From positions 988,760 through 1,052,759 of the forward strand of contig CAWDTY010000011.1 in NCBI GenBank assembly GCA_963805365.1: DNA of 64,000 bases, given 5' to 3'. Positions 1 to 10,692 of this stretch are shown here, piece by piece (the first letter of the stretch is position 1; each line of letters opens with the position of its first letter). Under the pieces are notes generated by a model. It was given only the letters and a program-made list of their open reading frames with translations, searched no databases and was not told where the DNA came from. The DNA is from an uncultured Chitinophagaceae bacterium (GTDB lineage Bacteria > Bacteroidota > Bacteroidia > Chitinophagales > Chitinophagaceae). Position numbers and translations under genes: made by a program.

Positions 1-2304
1 ATGGAGCAAAACTTCTCGAAGGTCCCGTGCCCGATTGGAAAAAATTTGGACAACTTGATGCAGGTAATGGCGCAACAGGTGCTACTACAGGCTTACCGCG
101 TTTTCGTAATGCTTCTTTCAAAGCAAAATTTCCATTCGCTTATCTTGATATAAGCGATCCGGATTTGCCATTTAAGATAGAGGTTACCGGCTGGAGTCCC
201 TTTCATTCCAACTGATGATGATAATTCAAGTTTGCCTGTAGGATCAATGGAATACAAATTTACCAACACAGGAAATAGTTCTGATTGAAGCGGTTTTTTC
301 TTTTAATTCAAAAAATTTCCTGAAGATTGAAAAAGGAAAGAATTCGATTAGATCAATAAAGAACGGTTTTGTTTTATCAGAAGAAGGCACCACTGAAAAA
401 CCTTATAAGACAGACTTTGCAATTTTTACAAATGATGATGCAACTAAAGTTGATCATTGCTGGTTTCGCGGCGGATGGTGGGATCCGCTGACTATGGCGT
501 GGAATGCAGTAAAAAATGGGGAAGTAAAATCAGTTGCCCCGGTTGATAATGACGCCCCGGGCGCTTCCGTATACGTTCCTTTTACAATTGCTCCGGGTAA
601 AGAAAAGACAATTCGCTTAATGATGTCATGGTATTCACCGGACTCTGAATTTACTTTCGGACAGATGGGAACCAGGAAGGAAAATTGTGATCCTGCGTCG
701 GGTTGCTGTAATTCGCCTTCGGATGTTTTGCTTGATAAATATGATAAGGATTTTAATGGCAAAACTTATAAGCCGTGGTACAGCAGCAGGTTTGCAAGTG
801 TTGAAGAAGTAGCTGCTTACTGGAATGGGAAATACGATGAGCTTAAAAAAGAATTCAAAACTTTTTACAGACGCTTTTTATGCAAGCACACTTACCACCA
901 GAAGTGATTGAAGCAGTTGCCGCTAACCTCACGATATTAAAATCACCAACGGTGATGCGACAGTATGATGGTCGGCTTTGGAACTTTGAAGGATGCGGAG
1001 ATAACTTCGGTTGTTGCCATGGTTCCTGTACGCACGTATGGAATTATGCGCAGGCCATTCCGCACTTGTTTCCGGCGCTGGAAAGAAGCTTGCGCCATAC
1101 AGAGTTTTGTGAAAATCAAAACAAAGAAGGCCACCAGAATTTCAGGGCTAATCTTCCTATTCAACCTAACACACATGACTTTCATTCAGCGGCAGATGGA
1201 CAGTTGGGTGGCATTATGAAAGTGTATCGCGAGTGGCGCATAAGTGGTAATAATGAATGGCTGAAAAAAATGTACCCAATGGTGAAAACCAGCATGGATT
1301 ATTGCATACAGACCTGGGATCCCCGCCACAAAGGTGTTATAGAGGAACCGCATCACAATACTTACGATATAGAATTCTGGGGACCGGATGGTATGCATAC
1401 CAGTTTTTACATTGGAGCATTGAGTGCGATAAGCGCCATGGGAAAATTTTTGAACGAAGATGTATCGGCATATGAGGCTTTATTATCGAGCGCAAAAAAG
1501 ATGATTGAAACAGAGTTGTATGATGGAGAATATTTTATTCAAAAAATAAAAGTTGAAGGACTGAACGCAAAAAATCCTGCGACTGAGAAATCATTTGGAG
1601 GTGAATATTCTAAAGAGGCAAGGGACCTGTTAGAAAAGGAAGGCCCGAAATATCAATACGGAAAAGGTTGTTTATCCGATGGAGTTTTGGGCGCATGGAT
1701 CGGGAGAATGTGTGGCCTTGATGACACTATTGATGTCGCAAAAATCAAAAGCCATTTGCTTGCTATTCATAAATATAATTTAAAAGAAAATTTAAGCGAG
1801 CATGCGAACCCGCAACGACCTTCTTTTGCATTGGGCAATGAAGGTGGTCTGTTGTTATGTACATGGCCAAAGGGAGGAAAGCTTTCTTTACCCTTTGTTT
1901 ACAGTGATGAAGTATGGACGGGCATTGAACACCAGGTCGCCTCACATTTAATGCTGATGGGACATGTGAGTGAAGGGCTTGAGATTCTTAAAGCTTCCCG
2001 TGATCGCTATGACGGTAAGGTAAGAAATCCATTCAACGAATATGAATGCGGCCATTGGTATGCACGTGCCTTATCAAGCTATGGTTACTTGCAAGCACTT
2101 ACAGGTGTACGTTATGATGCTGTTGATAAAACTTTATTCATAGATTCCAAAGTAGGAGATTTTACTTCTTTTCTTTCAACTGAAAGTGGTTTCGGAACAG
2201 TAACTTTAAAAGCAGGTAAGCCATCTGTAAAAATAGTATTTGGAAAATTGCCACTTGAAAAAGTATTCGTGTCGGGCAAATCTTCTGCTTATAATATTTC
2301 ATAA
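1..2304 (+). pseudogene. GH116-family beta-glucosidase/glucosylceramidase (GBA2-like), truncated at its 5' end by the window edge and broken by at least 3 frameshifts
   Basis: ORFs 27-215, 494-907 and 880-2304 read as consecutive parts of one protein ('DLPFKIEVTGWSPF', 'CWFRGGWWDPLTMAWNAV', 'LPPEVIEAVAANLTILKSPT', 'GCCHGSCTHVWNYAQA'). The stretch 216-493 is readable in the other frames ('PFIPTDDDNSSLPVGSMEYKFTNTGNS', 'EAVFSFNSKNFLKIEKGKNS'). The frame is open to base 1. Confidence 0.75.
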
Positions 2305-2317
2305 TTAAAACGCTTTT

Positions 2318-2989
2318 ATGGAAATCAACAACACACACTTAAGACGGTTAACTTCTTTATTGGCGGATCATAACCTTTTAAGTAAAGATGAATTGGCAGA
2401 TGTAACCCAGGTAGCTTCTGAGGATTTTTCTTTTAAACAACAATTAGCTACTGCAGCGTCTGTCCACTTTCATATTCATGTGGAAGACATTGATGAATTA
2501 CCCCACGACTTGTTGCAGATGAATGGTGGCAAAGTAGAAAATGAGGCCGAAGGATATATCAAATATGCATTTGATGGCGGGATCAATTTTATTTTTTCTC
2601 ATATTCCAATTGCGCACAAAGAAAAAAATAAAAGAACAGAACATGTTTACCTGGATCACATAGGCATTGATATCCGTTCCAATGAAAAGGCCGCCTATGT
2701 TGTTTTTCAGCAGATACCGTTATTGTCTGCGCAGCATGATTATCTTTTTACCAGGCAAGGCGATGGCAAAGAATCGGTGAAATGTTGCCACATGCAGGTG
2801 AAAGAAAAATATTGGGTTTATCCAAACGACAGGCTGAATTACGAATTTGCTTTTGGGCCATTGGTAATAAATGAGGGTGGAACATTTGGTGTAGATCTTC
2901 GTCCTGCAAATCCTTTTAACGCAGTTGAGGAAACCACCACATGTTGTTCGGAATCAAAAATCAAGTCTTCCATTTTTATTCATCAATAA
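2318..2989 (+). CDS. hypothetical protein with paired-cysteine motifs (possibly VOC/glyoxalase-like fold)
   Basis: 223-aa ORF with no competing frame. 'DHIGIDIR' resembles a VOC-type metal-site strand. It carries vicinal Cys pairs, 'KCCHMQ' and 'TTCCSES'. Its stop codon directly abuts the next ATG. Confidence 0.5.
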   Translation: MEINNTHLRRLTSLLADHNLLSKDELADVTQVASEDFSFKQQLATAASVHFHIHVEDIDELPHDLLQMNGGKVENEAEGYIKYAFDGGINFIFSHIPIAHKEKNKRTEHVYLDHIGIDIRSNEKAAYVVFQQIPLLSAQHDYLFTRQGDGKESVKCCHMQVKEKYWVYPNDRLNYEFAFGPLVINEGGTFGVDLRPANPFNAVEETTTCCSESKIKSSIFIHQ

Positions 2990-3310
2990 ATGCACATACA
3001 AAATCAAACTGTTGTTTCACTTCGCTACATAATGAAGAATGCGGCCGGCGAAATTCTTGAAGACAATATGGGTGCTGCTCCGGTGCAATATCTTCATGGC
3101 TCAGGTAAAATATTGCCATCACTTGAATCTTCATTGCATGGATTGAAAGCAGGCGATAGAAAAGTCGTGAGCTTAAAAACTGGAGAAGACTTAACCACCG
3201 ATTTTACTTTTGATGTAATTGTTGATGATGTTCGCATGGCGTCCGAAGACGAAATACTATGCGGTGAACCTGGAAAAGCCGCCGCTTGCGGACCGGAATG
3301 CAATTGTTAA
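2990..3310 (+). CDS. FKBP-type peptidyl-prolyl isomerase, SlyD-like, with a Cys-rich C-terminal tail
   Basis: 'VVSLRYIMKNAAGEILED...PVQYLHGSGKILPSLESSLHGLKAGD' is the typical SlyD/FKBP N-terminal pattern. The tail is 'CGEPGKAAACGPECNC'. Confidence 0.65.
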   Translation: MHIQNQTVVSLRYIMKNAAGEILEDNMGAAPVQYLHGSGKILPSLESSLHGLKAGDRKVVSLKTGEDLTTDFTFDVIVDDVRMASEDEILCGEPGKAAACGPECNC

Positions 3311-3419
3311 ATGGAATGACATAAATTATGAGAATGAAATTTGAATTTCAATTTTAGTATTGATGTTATAAATTATTTAGTCTCTCATCTTTACGATCAA
3401 TGCTTACAAAACTTACATC

Positions 3420-4733
3420 ATGGAAAGAAGAAAATTCATAAAAGAAACTGCCCTTGCAACAGCCGGGATCACCATTCTTAATTTTCCTATTTATGGAAGA
3501 AAGGCGCCATCAAACAAAGTCGTCTTAGCTGTGATGGGTGTAAACAGCCGCGGAAATTATCTTGCAGAAAGTTTTTCGAAACTGGAGAATGTTGAAATAG
3601 CCTACATATGTGATGTAGAAGATGGTGCCATTAAAAAAGGCCTTGATGCATTGAAAGATGCTAAACGAAAGCCAACAGTAATTAAGGATATTCGAAAGCT
3701 CGTAACATTAAAAGATTTTGACGGCCTTGTAATTGCAGCGCCTGATCACTGGCATACTCCTGCCGCTATTCTCGGTTCGCAAAATGGCAAGCATGTTTAT
3801 GTGGAAAAACCATGCGGACAAAATCCACGTGAAGGAGAAATGATTGTTGATGCATACCATAAATATGGAAAGCATATTCAAATGGGAAGCCAGCGCCGTT
3901 CTTTCCCATCATTAATCGAGGCTGTTCAATCAGTGCGTGATGGAGCAATAGGGACGCCATACATGGCCAAAGCCTGGTACACCAATAACAGGAAGTCGAT
4001 AGGAATAGGAAAAATTATCCCGGTTCCTTCGACGCTCGATTTTGAATTATGGCAAGGGCCCGCTCCAAGAAAGCCTTATAAAGATAACCTCGTACATTAC
4101 AACTGGCATTGGTTCTGGAACTGGGGCACAGGCGAAGCGTGTAATAATGGTACACATGAAATTGATTGTTGCCGCTGGTTTCTTAATGTTGATTTTCCAA
4201 CTAAGGTCACATCGGCTGGTGGCAGATATGCTTTTAAAGATGATTGGCAAACTCCCGATACACAGGTTGCTGCTTTTGAATTTGGAGACAAAGCCACTAT
4301 AACATGGGAAGGCCGCAGTTGTAATAATTACCCTGTAGAAGGATCGGGGCGTGGCTTTATTATTTATGGCACCAATGGTTCCCTCGTTAATCTGGGCGGC
4401 GGTGATTATAAAATTTTTGACACACAAAACAAATTGCTAAAAGCAGTGAAATCAGAAGTGGTTGCTGATCCTAATAATCCGGTAAGTGCGAATGGTGACC
4501 TTGATAGTTATCACTTCCAGAATTTTGTAAGTACCATTCGCGGAGAAGCTAAACTCACAGCACCGGTCGATATAGGCGCAAAATCGGTATTGCTTTGCCA
4601 CCTTGCTAATATAGCGCAACGCACAGGCAGCACTTTGCATTGCGATCCATCAAATGGCCATATTTTAAATAACAATGAAGCCATGAAATTGTGGGGAAGG
4701 ACTTATGAAAAAGGATGGGAGCCGAAAGTGTAA
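3420..4733 (+). CDS. Gfo/Idh/MocA family oxidoreductase with a Tat-type signal
   Basis: N-terminus 'MERRKFIKETALATAGITI' (twin-arginine-like), Rossmann segment 'VLAVMGVNSRG', and 'EKPCGQNPREGE' typical of the family. Confidence 0.8.
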   Translation: MERRKFIKETALATAGITILNFPIYGRKAPSNKVVLAVMGVNSRGNYLAESFSKLENVEIAYICDVEDGAIKKGLDALKDAKRKPTVIKDIRKLVTLKDFDGLVIAAPDHWHTPAAILGSQNGKHVYVEKPCGQNPREGEMIVDAYHKYGKHIQMGSQRRSFPSLIEAVQSVRDGAIGTPYMAKAWYTNNRKSIGIGKIIPVPSTLDFELWQGPAPRKPYKDNLVHYNWHWFWNWGTGEACNNGTHEIDCCRWFLNVDFPTKVTSAGGRYAFKDDWQTPDTQVAAFEFGDKATITWEGRSCNNYPVEGSGRGFIIYGTNGSLVNLGGGDYKIFDTQNKLLKAVKSEVVADPNNPVSANGDLDSYHFQNFVSTIRGEAKLTAPVDIGAKSVLLCHLANIAQRTGSTLHCDPSNGHILNNNEAMKLWGRTYEKGWEPKV

Positions 4734-4799
4734 TGGTTATTGATTTTCAAAAACGTCACTGATCAAAATCCATCCAATGCCAATGTCATAAATATGCGA

Positions 4800-5106
4800 T
4801 GTCACCCCTTCGGGGTTGCGCCAAAATTGTTTTATTTTCTATAATCATATCAGCCTTTTAGGCTTGGAGCTGTGTACGAATTCCATTCGTAAATATTTAA
4901 GAGAGATAATGAAGAGAGGATTAATAAAAGAAGAGGGGTAACCATAATATAGTCACTTTAGGTTTTTGCTGCGTGTTTTGAAATCTAATTCCTAAAATCC
5001 CGAAGGGATGCAACTATTATAGCACCAAAGAAAAAAATCGGTAATCCCGAAGGGATGCAATTATTATAGCAATATAAAAAAAATCGATAACCCCGAAGGG
5101 GTGACA
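4800..5106. repeat. MITE-like element: perfect 18-bp terminal inverted repeats enclosing hairpin direct repeats
   Basis: TGTCACCCCTTCGGGGTT at 4800-4817 is the exact reverse complement of 5089-5106. Inside, a 29-mer AATCCCGAAGGGATGCAA(C/T)TATTATAGCA occurs at 4996-5024 and 5043-5071 (1 mismatch, 47-bp period). The right terminal repeat forms a third, diverged copy. Confidence 0.6.
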
Positions 5107-5250
5107 AATAACTCAGAAACTTTATTGCCAAAAACATAAATTCTTACGCCATTTTACGAAATCCATTAACCTTATTTAACCTTTAATAAAAGTTAGTTAA
5201 CCCACTTTGTTGATACTGCTGAATAGGTTTGCCTGTTCAAATTATCAGCC

Positions 5251-8059
5251 ATGAAAAGAGTACTGCTTATCTTATTAATGTCTATTCGCCCATTTTATAA
5301 AAATTTCTGCTCAATCAAATACTGTTCTAACAGGAAATCTAAAAGATACAATGAACAGCCATCCTTTGAATGGCGCAACCATTTCACTCATCAACACCAA
5401 AGATTCATCCTTATTTAGTTTTGTACGAACAGACTCTACAGGCAGTTTTATTTTTAAGAATATGCCTAAAGGGAAGTATCGTTTGTCAGCGTCTTACACC
5501 GGCTTTCATACTGCATGGCGGAATTTACAAGTATCAGGAGAATCAATTATTGATCTTGGCCAGATATTTATGCGGGACAAGACAATGCTCGATGAAATAG
5601 TTGTTGATGCTGAAAGACCACCTGTTGTGGTAAATGGAGATACACTTGAATTTAATGCAGGTTCATTTGCGACAAAACCAAATGCAGTTGTTGAGGATCT
5701 TTTGAAAAAAATGCCGGGTATACAGGTTGATAAAGATGGAACCATTCGGGTGAACGGGCAGCGCATAAATAAAGTATTTGTAAACGGCAAAGAGTTTTTT
5801 ACAGGCGATCCAAAAATTGCAACACGGAATTTACCAGCCGATGCGGTAGATAAAGTGCAGGTATTTGAAAAGCAATCTGATCAATCAGAATTTACTGGCT
5901 TTAAGGATGGAAATAGTGAAACTGCCTTGAATTTAAAACTAAAAAAAGATGCAAAGAACCCAACCTTCGGAAAAGTAAAAGCAGGTGCAGGTACTGCTGG
6001 GCGTTATGATGAGCAATTTAATATAAATCGCTTCAAAGGCGATCAGCAAATATCTGCAATTGGTATGGCCAATAATGCTAATAAGCAAGGTTTCTCTTTA
6101 ATGGATATTTTGAATTTTACAGGCGAGACTAAAAACATGATGAAAGGCGGTGGGGGAGGGATGAAGATTGTAATAAATAATGGAGGTGGTACTGATTTCG
6201 GTTTGCCTGTAGATGGCGCGGGCCCTAATAATGCAGGGATCTCCACAACTCTTGCCGGTGGTATCAATTTTAATGATACCTGGAAAAAGAAGACTGATTT
6301 TAACGGAAGTTATTTTTATAACAACATTGCAGTTGGCACCGATCAACATTTAAATAGGGAATTTATTTCACCGCTGAATCCTTATAGCTATTCTGAAAAC
6401 AGTATAAATAACCGATCGACTGAGAGCAACAGGTTTAATATAAGTGTCGATCATAAAATTGATTCGTTCAATTCAATTAAATACACTCCATCTTATACTC
6501 ATCAAAAGAATCATTACAGTTCTTCCAACGATTATTTTTCTACCCTTACGGATAACACAAAACTTAATGAAGGATTTTCAAATACTTCATCTGAAGCAGT
6601 AGGAGATGATTTTAAAAACAACTTATTATTCAAACATCGTTTTGCAAAAAAAGGAAGGACGGTTTCCGCCAGCATCTCTTTTAATTATAATGATACATAT
6701 TCTTCAGGATCGCAGCATTCGATCAATAACTTTTTTAACGGGAGCTCATCAAATAACGTAGATACAATAAACCAGGTAAACTCCTTGCAGAGTGTCACGC
6801 AAAACTATGGCGCCAATGTTATTTATACCGAACCACTATCTAAAAAAACTTTGATTGAATTGAATGGCTCATACAATTTTAATAAAGGATATCTTAATAA
6901 GCGCACTTTCGATTTTAATTTAAGTAATGAAAAATTTGATAAGCTTAATCCTGTTCAAAGCAACGCCTTCAACAATGAATACGAGTACACCGGATTTGGT
7001 TCAGCGCTGAAGCACATTACTAAAAAATACAGTTTGAATTTTGGCGCTAATCTTCAAAATGCGAAGCTTACAAGCAAGCTAAAGGATAGCAGTTTCATAG
7101 TTTCTCACACATTAGTTAGCCTGCTGCCATCTGCAAATTTTACTTACTTCCTGGCGAGAACTAAAACTTTTAAAATAGATTATAATACCAGTACACAGCA
7201 GCCGACTTCTACTCAATTGCAACCCGTTACTGACATTACTGATCCGCTAAATATTCGTAAAGGAAATCCTTTGCTCAAGCAGGAATATATACACAATGCA
7301 TCAATACAGTTTTTTTCTGCCAGCCCTTTTTTACAAAAAAACCTTATGGTGTTACTAAATGCAAGTGCTTCAAAAAATGCAATTGTAAATGCTGATGATA
7401 TCGATGCCCAGGGCATACGCACGACACATCCTGTGAATGCCAATGGAGTTTATAATGTTTTTGGAATTGTTGATTGGGGATTTAAAATAAAGAAGACCAA
7501 CACGCGATTGACACTGGGAGGGAATGTTTTTTTAAACAATAATGTAAACCTGGTTAATGGAGCAAAGAACAACATTCACAATGTGTCTTATTCACCACGA
7601 TTATCACTAAATTATAGCTACAAAGAAAAGCTGGATATATCCGCTGAAGCGAGGGTTAGTTACAATACAACAAAATATTCACTGCAGTCATCTCTTAACG
7701 ACGACTACTGGCAACAACAATATTCCTTTGAAGTTAATAGTTCATTGCCTTTGGGCATTGGTCTGAATTCTGACGTTACTTATATCGCCAATACAGGAAG
7801 GCCGGCTGGTTTCAATACATACGCAACAAGATGGAATGCAGATATTACCAAACTGGTATTTAAGAACAAAAAGGGCGAATTAAAATTCAGTGTGAATGAC
7901 ATTTTAAATGAGAACATAGGCGTGAGCAGAAATGCCAATCAAAATTATATCGAGGATGTAACTTATAAAACGCTGAAGCGTTATTATATGGTAAGTTTTA
8001 CATACAGTCTTTCGAAGGCCAGTAGTGGCGGACCCAAGGCTGTGATACGTACTTTTTGA
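5251..8059 (+). CDS. outer-membrane beta-barrel family protein (CarboxypepD_reg domain plus TonB-dependent-receptor-like barrel); frame break in the signal peptide
   Basis: The 902-aa ORF 5351-8059 has 'ISLINTKDSS...TDSTGSFIFKNMPKGKYRL' (carboxypeptidase-regulatory fold), 'MPGIQVDKDGTIRVNGQ' and 'DPLNIRKGNPLLKQEY'. The signal peptide 'MKRVLLILLM' starts at 5251 in another frame. The main frame upstream reads '..FIKISAQSNTVLTG' after a stop at 5276-5278. Confidence 0.8.
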
Positions 8060-8089
8060 TTTTCTCATTCGGATATTTTAATTTTTACG

Positions 8090-8115
8090 GCTGTGTTTCT
8101 ACACGGCTGTTTGTA
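8090..8115 (+). terminator. possible intrinsic terminator
   Basis: GCTGTGT (8090-8096) pairs with ACACGGC (8101-8107) with one G.U, around loop TTCT, followed by a T-rich tail. Confidence 0.35.
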
Positions 8116-8181
8116 TCTAATATAATCAAGGCAGTGTATTTTATTTGGTTTACTTAAGTTGTTTTATCGGGTTGTGTTTAG

Positions 8182-9660
8182 TTGCCACGACCTTTAGGTC
8201 AATGTCATTTAGTTAGTGGATAAGAAAAGAAAAACCATTGAGTTACGAGCCGAAAAACCGGTTCTTTGTAATGACTAAATACAAAACTCAATGGTAGAAG
8301 CAAATATAAAAATAATAGAAGAATTAAAATTTTTCTTAGCGTCCATATCGTCAGATCCGGAGCTTAGAAAGTTAGTATCGGAAAGCGAAAACGACTTTAG
8401 CCGTGACAGGAAATTACCGTTGCAGCGCATTGCAGGTATTATTATAAACATGCCTAAGCGCAGCTTAAGCATAGAGCTGCAGGAGTTCTTTGATAGTTTG
8501 GGAAATGGTCTGCAAGGCTGCACCAAAGGAGCATTCAGTTTACAACGAAGCAAATTAAAGCCGCTGTTTTTTAAAGTATGGAACAAATGGCTGGTAGATA
8601 ATTTTTATCATTATTATGCACACCGGGTAAAACGGTGGCGTGATTTCCGGCTGCAGGCTGTAGATGGTTCTACTGTTTATTTATTAAATAAAGCAGAAAT
8701 AATAAATCATTTTGGCACCCGTAATAATCAGCATGTGTCAGTTCCAATGGCAAGAGTAGTACAGGTGTATGATATATTAAATGATATAACCTTGTGGGGC
8801 GAGATGTATCCGATTAAAAAATCAGAACCAGCAATAATAGCAAGCCAGGTACCGCAATTAGTTAGTGACAGCCTAACGCTTTTTGACCGCGGATTTGCAG
8901 GTTATGGATTGATGTATTTAATGATGCATGAAGAAACACCCCGTCATTTTATTATGCGCTGCAAAACCACTTTTAATAAAGAAGTAATTGAATTTACACG
9001 CAGCGGTAAACGAAGCAGGATTGTTGAATTAAAACCTTGTTACAAGTCTATTGTAATGCTTAAGCAGAACGGTTATATTGTAACAGCAGGCACGGCCATC
9101 AAGGTAAGAATGGTCCAAATTAATTTACCTAATGGTGAACAGGAAATACTGCTAACCAATCTCTATAATGAAAAACTATACAGCATAGGAGACCTGAAAT
9201 ATTTATATGGATTACGATGGGGTATTGAAACAATGTATAACCAACAGAAGAATCAACTGCAGATAGAGCAGTTTAGCGGGCACAGAGTAATTTGCATACA
9301 ACAGGATTATACAGCAAGTTTGTTTGTTGCCAATTTGCAAAGCTTAATAGAAAAGCAATGTGAAGATTATCTGCAGGGTATTAATCTCAGGCGTAAACAC
9401 AGATACCGGGTTAACCGCAATGTAAGCTGGGCATCACTAAAGCATACCATCGTGCAACTGTTCTTAGCAGAACAACCCGTTAAAATATTAATACAATTGC
9501 AGAAAGCATTTGAACGAAATATAGAACCAGTGCGACCGGGAAGAAAATACCGGCGAAGTACCAAAACGAGACGTTTAAATGGCAAATACCAAACATTCAC
9601 AAATTATAAAAGAGCAATATGATTCTTAACTAAATGACATTGACCTGAAGGTCGTGGCAA
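8182..9660 (+). mobile_element. IS4-family insertion sequence, apparently intact
   Basis: Terminal inverted repeats 8182-8215 and 9627-9660 (TTGCCACGACCTT[T/C]AGGTCAATGTCATTTAGTTA) match at 33 of 34 positions. They bracket a single transposase ORF. Confidence 0.85.
8291..9622 (+). CDS. IS4-family DDE transposase
   Basis: 443-aa ORF containing the IS4 Y(2)R(3)E(6)K signature, 'YGLRWGIETMYNQQK'. Confidence 0.85.
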   Translation: MVEANIKIIEELKFFLASISSDPELRKLVSESENDFSRDRKLPLQRIAGIIINMPKRSLSIELQEFFDSLGNGLQGCTKGAFSLQRSKLKPLFFKVWNKWLVDNFYHYYAHRVKRWRDFRLQAVDGSTVYLLNKAEIINHFGTRNNQHVSVPMARVVQVYDILNDITLWGEMYPIKKSEPAIIASQVPQLVSDSLTLFDRGFAGYGLMYLMMHEETPRHFIMRCKTTFNKEVIEFTRSGKRSRIVELKPCYKSIVMLKQNGYIVTAGTAIKVRMVQINLPNGEQEILLTNLYNEKLYSIGDLKYLYGLRWGIETMYNQQKNQLQIEQFSGHRVICIQQDYTASLFVANLQSLIEKQCEDYLQGINLRRKHRYRVNRNVSWASLKHTIVQLFLAEQPVKILIQLQKAFERNIEPVRPGRKYRRSTKTRRLNGKYQTFTNYKRAI

Positions 9661-9768
9661 TTGTTGACGAGGAAAGGCTTACTCCTAAAAAGATGCCCTA
9701 TTCACTTTTGACTGTTTCCGTAAATTTCAAATTTTTTTGCAGGAGTTCTTATTGTTAATATTCCTCAT

Positions 9769-9792
9769 AAAAAAAGAAGCCCAAGAGCTTCT
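9769..9792 (-). terminator. intrinsic terminator of the GLPGLI gene
   Basis: On the minus strand, AGAAGC-TCTTGG-GCTTCT is followed by T7. Confidence 0.6.
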
Positions 9793-9854
9793 CAATAATT
9801 AATATCAATTGTATTTCAAACCCGTTATGGTAGAGATATTGGTTTATCGCCACA

Positions 9855-10571
9855 TTAATTTCTATTAATCTTTATAATAGGCCCCGACTGATTGCCAAAA
9901 ATCTCCTTCTGTAGCGCTGCAAAATCTGCCGGACTAACCTTTTTGCCTTTTGAAGGAATTTTTAATTCTTTTTTATCTGCACTCTTTTCTAAATTGATCG
10001 CAGTAATAAGAAATTCTTCTCTATTAATATCAACTTGTAAAATCATACCAGGCAATCCACCATAACTTTCAGGGCCTGAAGAAACCGGTATTTCTTCGGT
10101 GTACCAGGCTTCAACATCGCTGCCTCTTTCTGTTTTGCCAGTGGCTTTTTTACAGTTGTATCCTAATATGCTTTTTGATTCATCTTCCAGCTTCCATGTG
10201 AGGTGGCGGAGAGAATCTTCGATAACATAATCCTTATCGGCAAGCTCTCTTTTTTCTACCTGCTTTTGGGTGGAGAAATTTTTATAGTATTCAGCATTAG
10301 CTCCGCCAAAACGCATTACTACATTTCCATGGCCTGTATTTTCTGTTATATCCGGTTCTTCTTCCTGGATTTTATAAATGGATTGATTATCCGCAAAATT
10401 CAATTCATATTTTGAAGTCCTGAATTGCGGAATCATTGCTTTCATCTGTGCATCCTGCAGCCTTCGGTGCATATCAATTTTTTGTTCATAAATGATTTTC
10501 CCTTCTTTTATTTGTGCGCTTGCTGAATTGAAGAAGGTTATTGCAATCATTCCAAAGACTATTTTTTTCAT
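9855..10571 (-). CDS. GLPGLI family protein
   Basis: Signal peptide 'MKKIVFGMIAITFFNSASAQ' and the family signature 'GGLPGMILQV'. Confidence 0.8.
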   Translation of the reverse strand: MKKIVFGMIAITFFNSASAQIKEGKIIYEQKIDMHRRLQDAQMKAMIPQFRTSKYELNFADNQSIYKIQEEEPDITENTGHGNVVMRFGGANAEYYKNFSTQKQVEKRELADKDYVIEDSLRHLTWKLEDESKSILGYNCKKATGKTERGSDVEAWYTEEIPVSSGPESYGGLPGMILQVDINREEFLITAINLEKSADKKELKIPSKGKKVSPADFAALQKEIFGNQSGPIIKINRN

Positions 10572-10692
10572 AACTTTTTTTTCAAAAATATCTTTTACTA
10601 TTTCCTAAAAAGGTTAAGCATCATTTCATTAATGTTAATTAAGGTTAATGAAGAAATAAAGCATTATTTTAAACTGGTAAATTTGGCATAGC

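Noticed and set aside
4996-5106. Possible mini-CRISPR array (three hairpin repeats with a ~47-bp period)
   Set aside because: There are only three copies and the third is strongly diverged. The 'spacers' are 17-18-nt A-rich stretches that are themselves similar to each other, and no cas genes lie nearby. It fits a REP/MITE-type repeat better.
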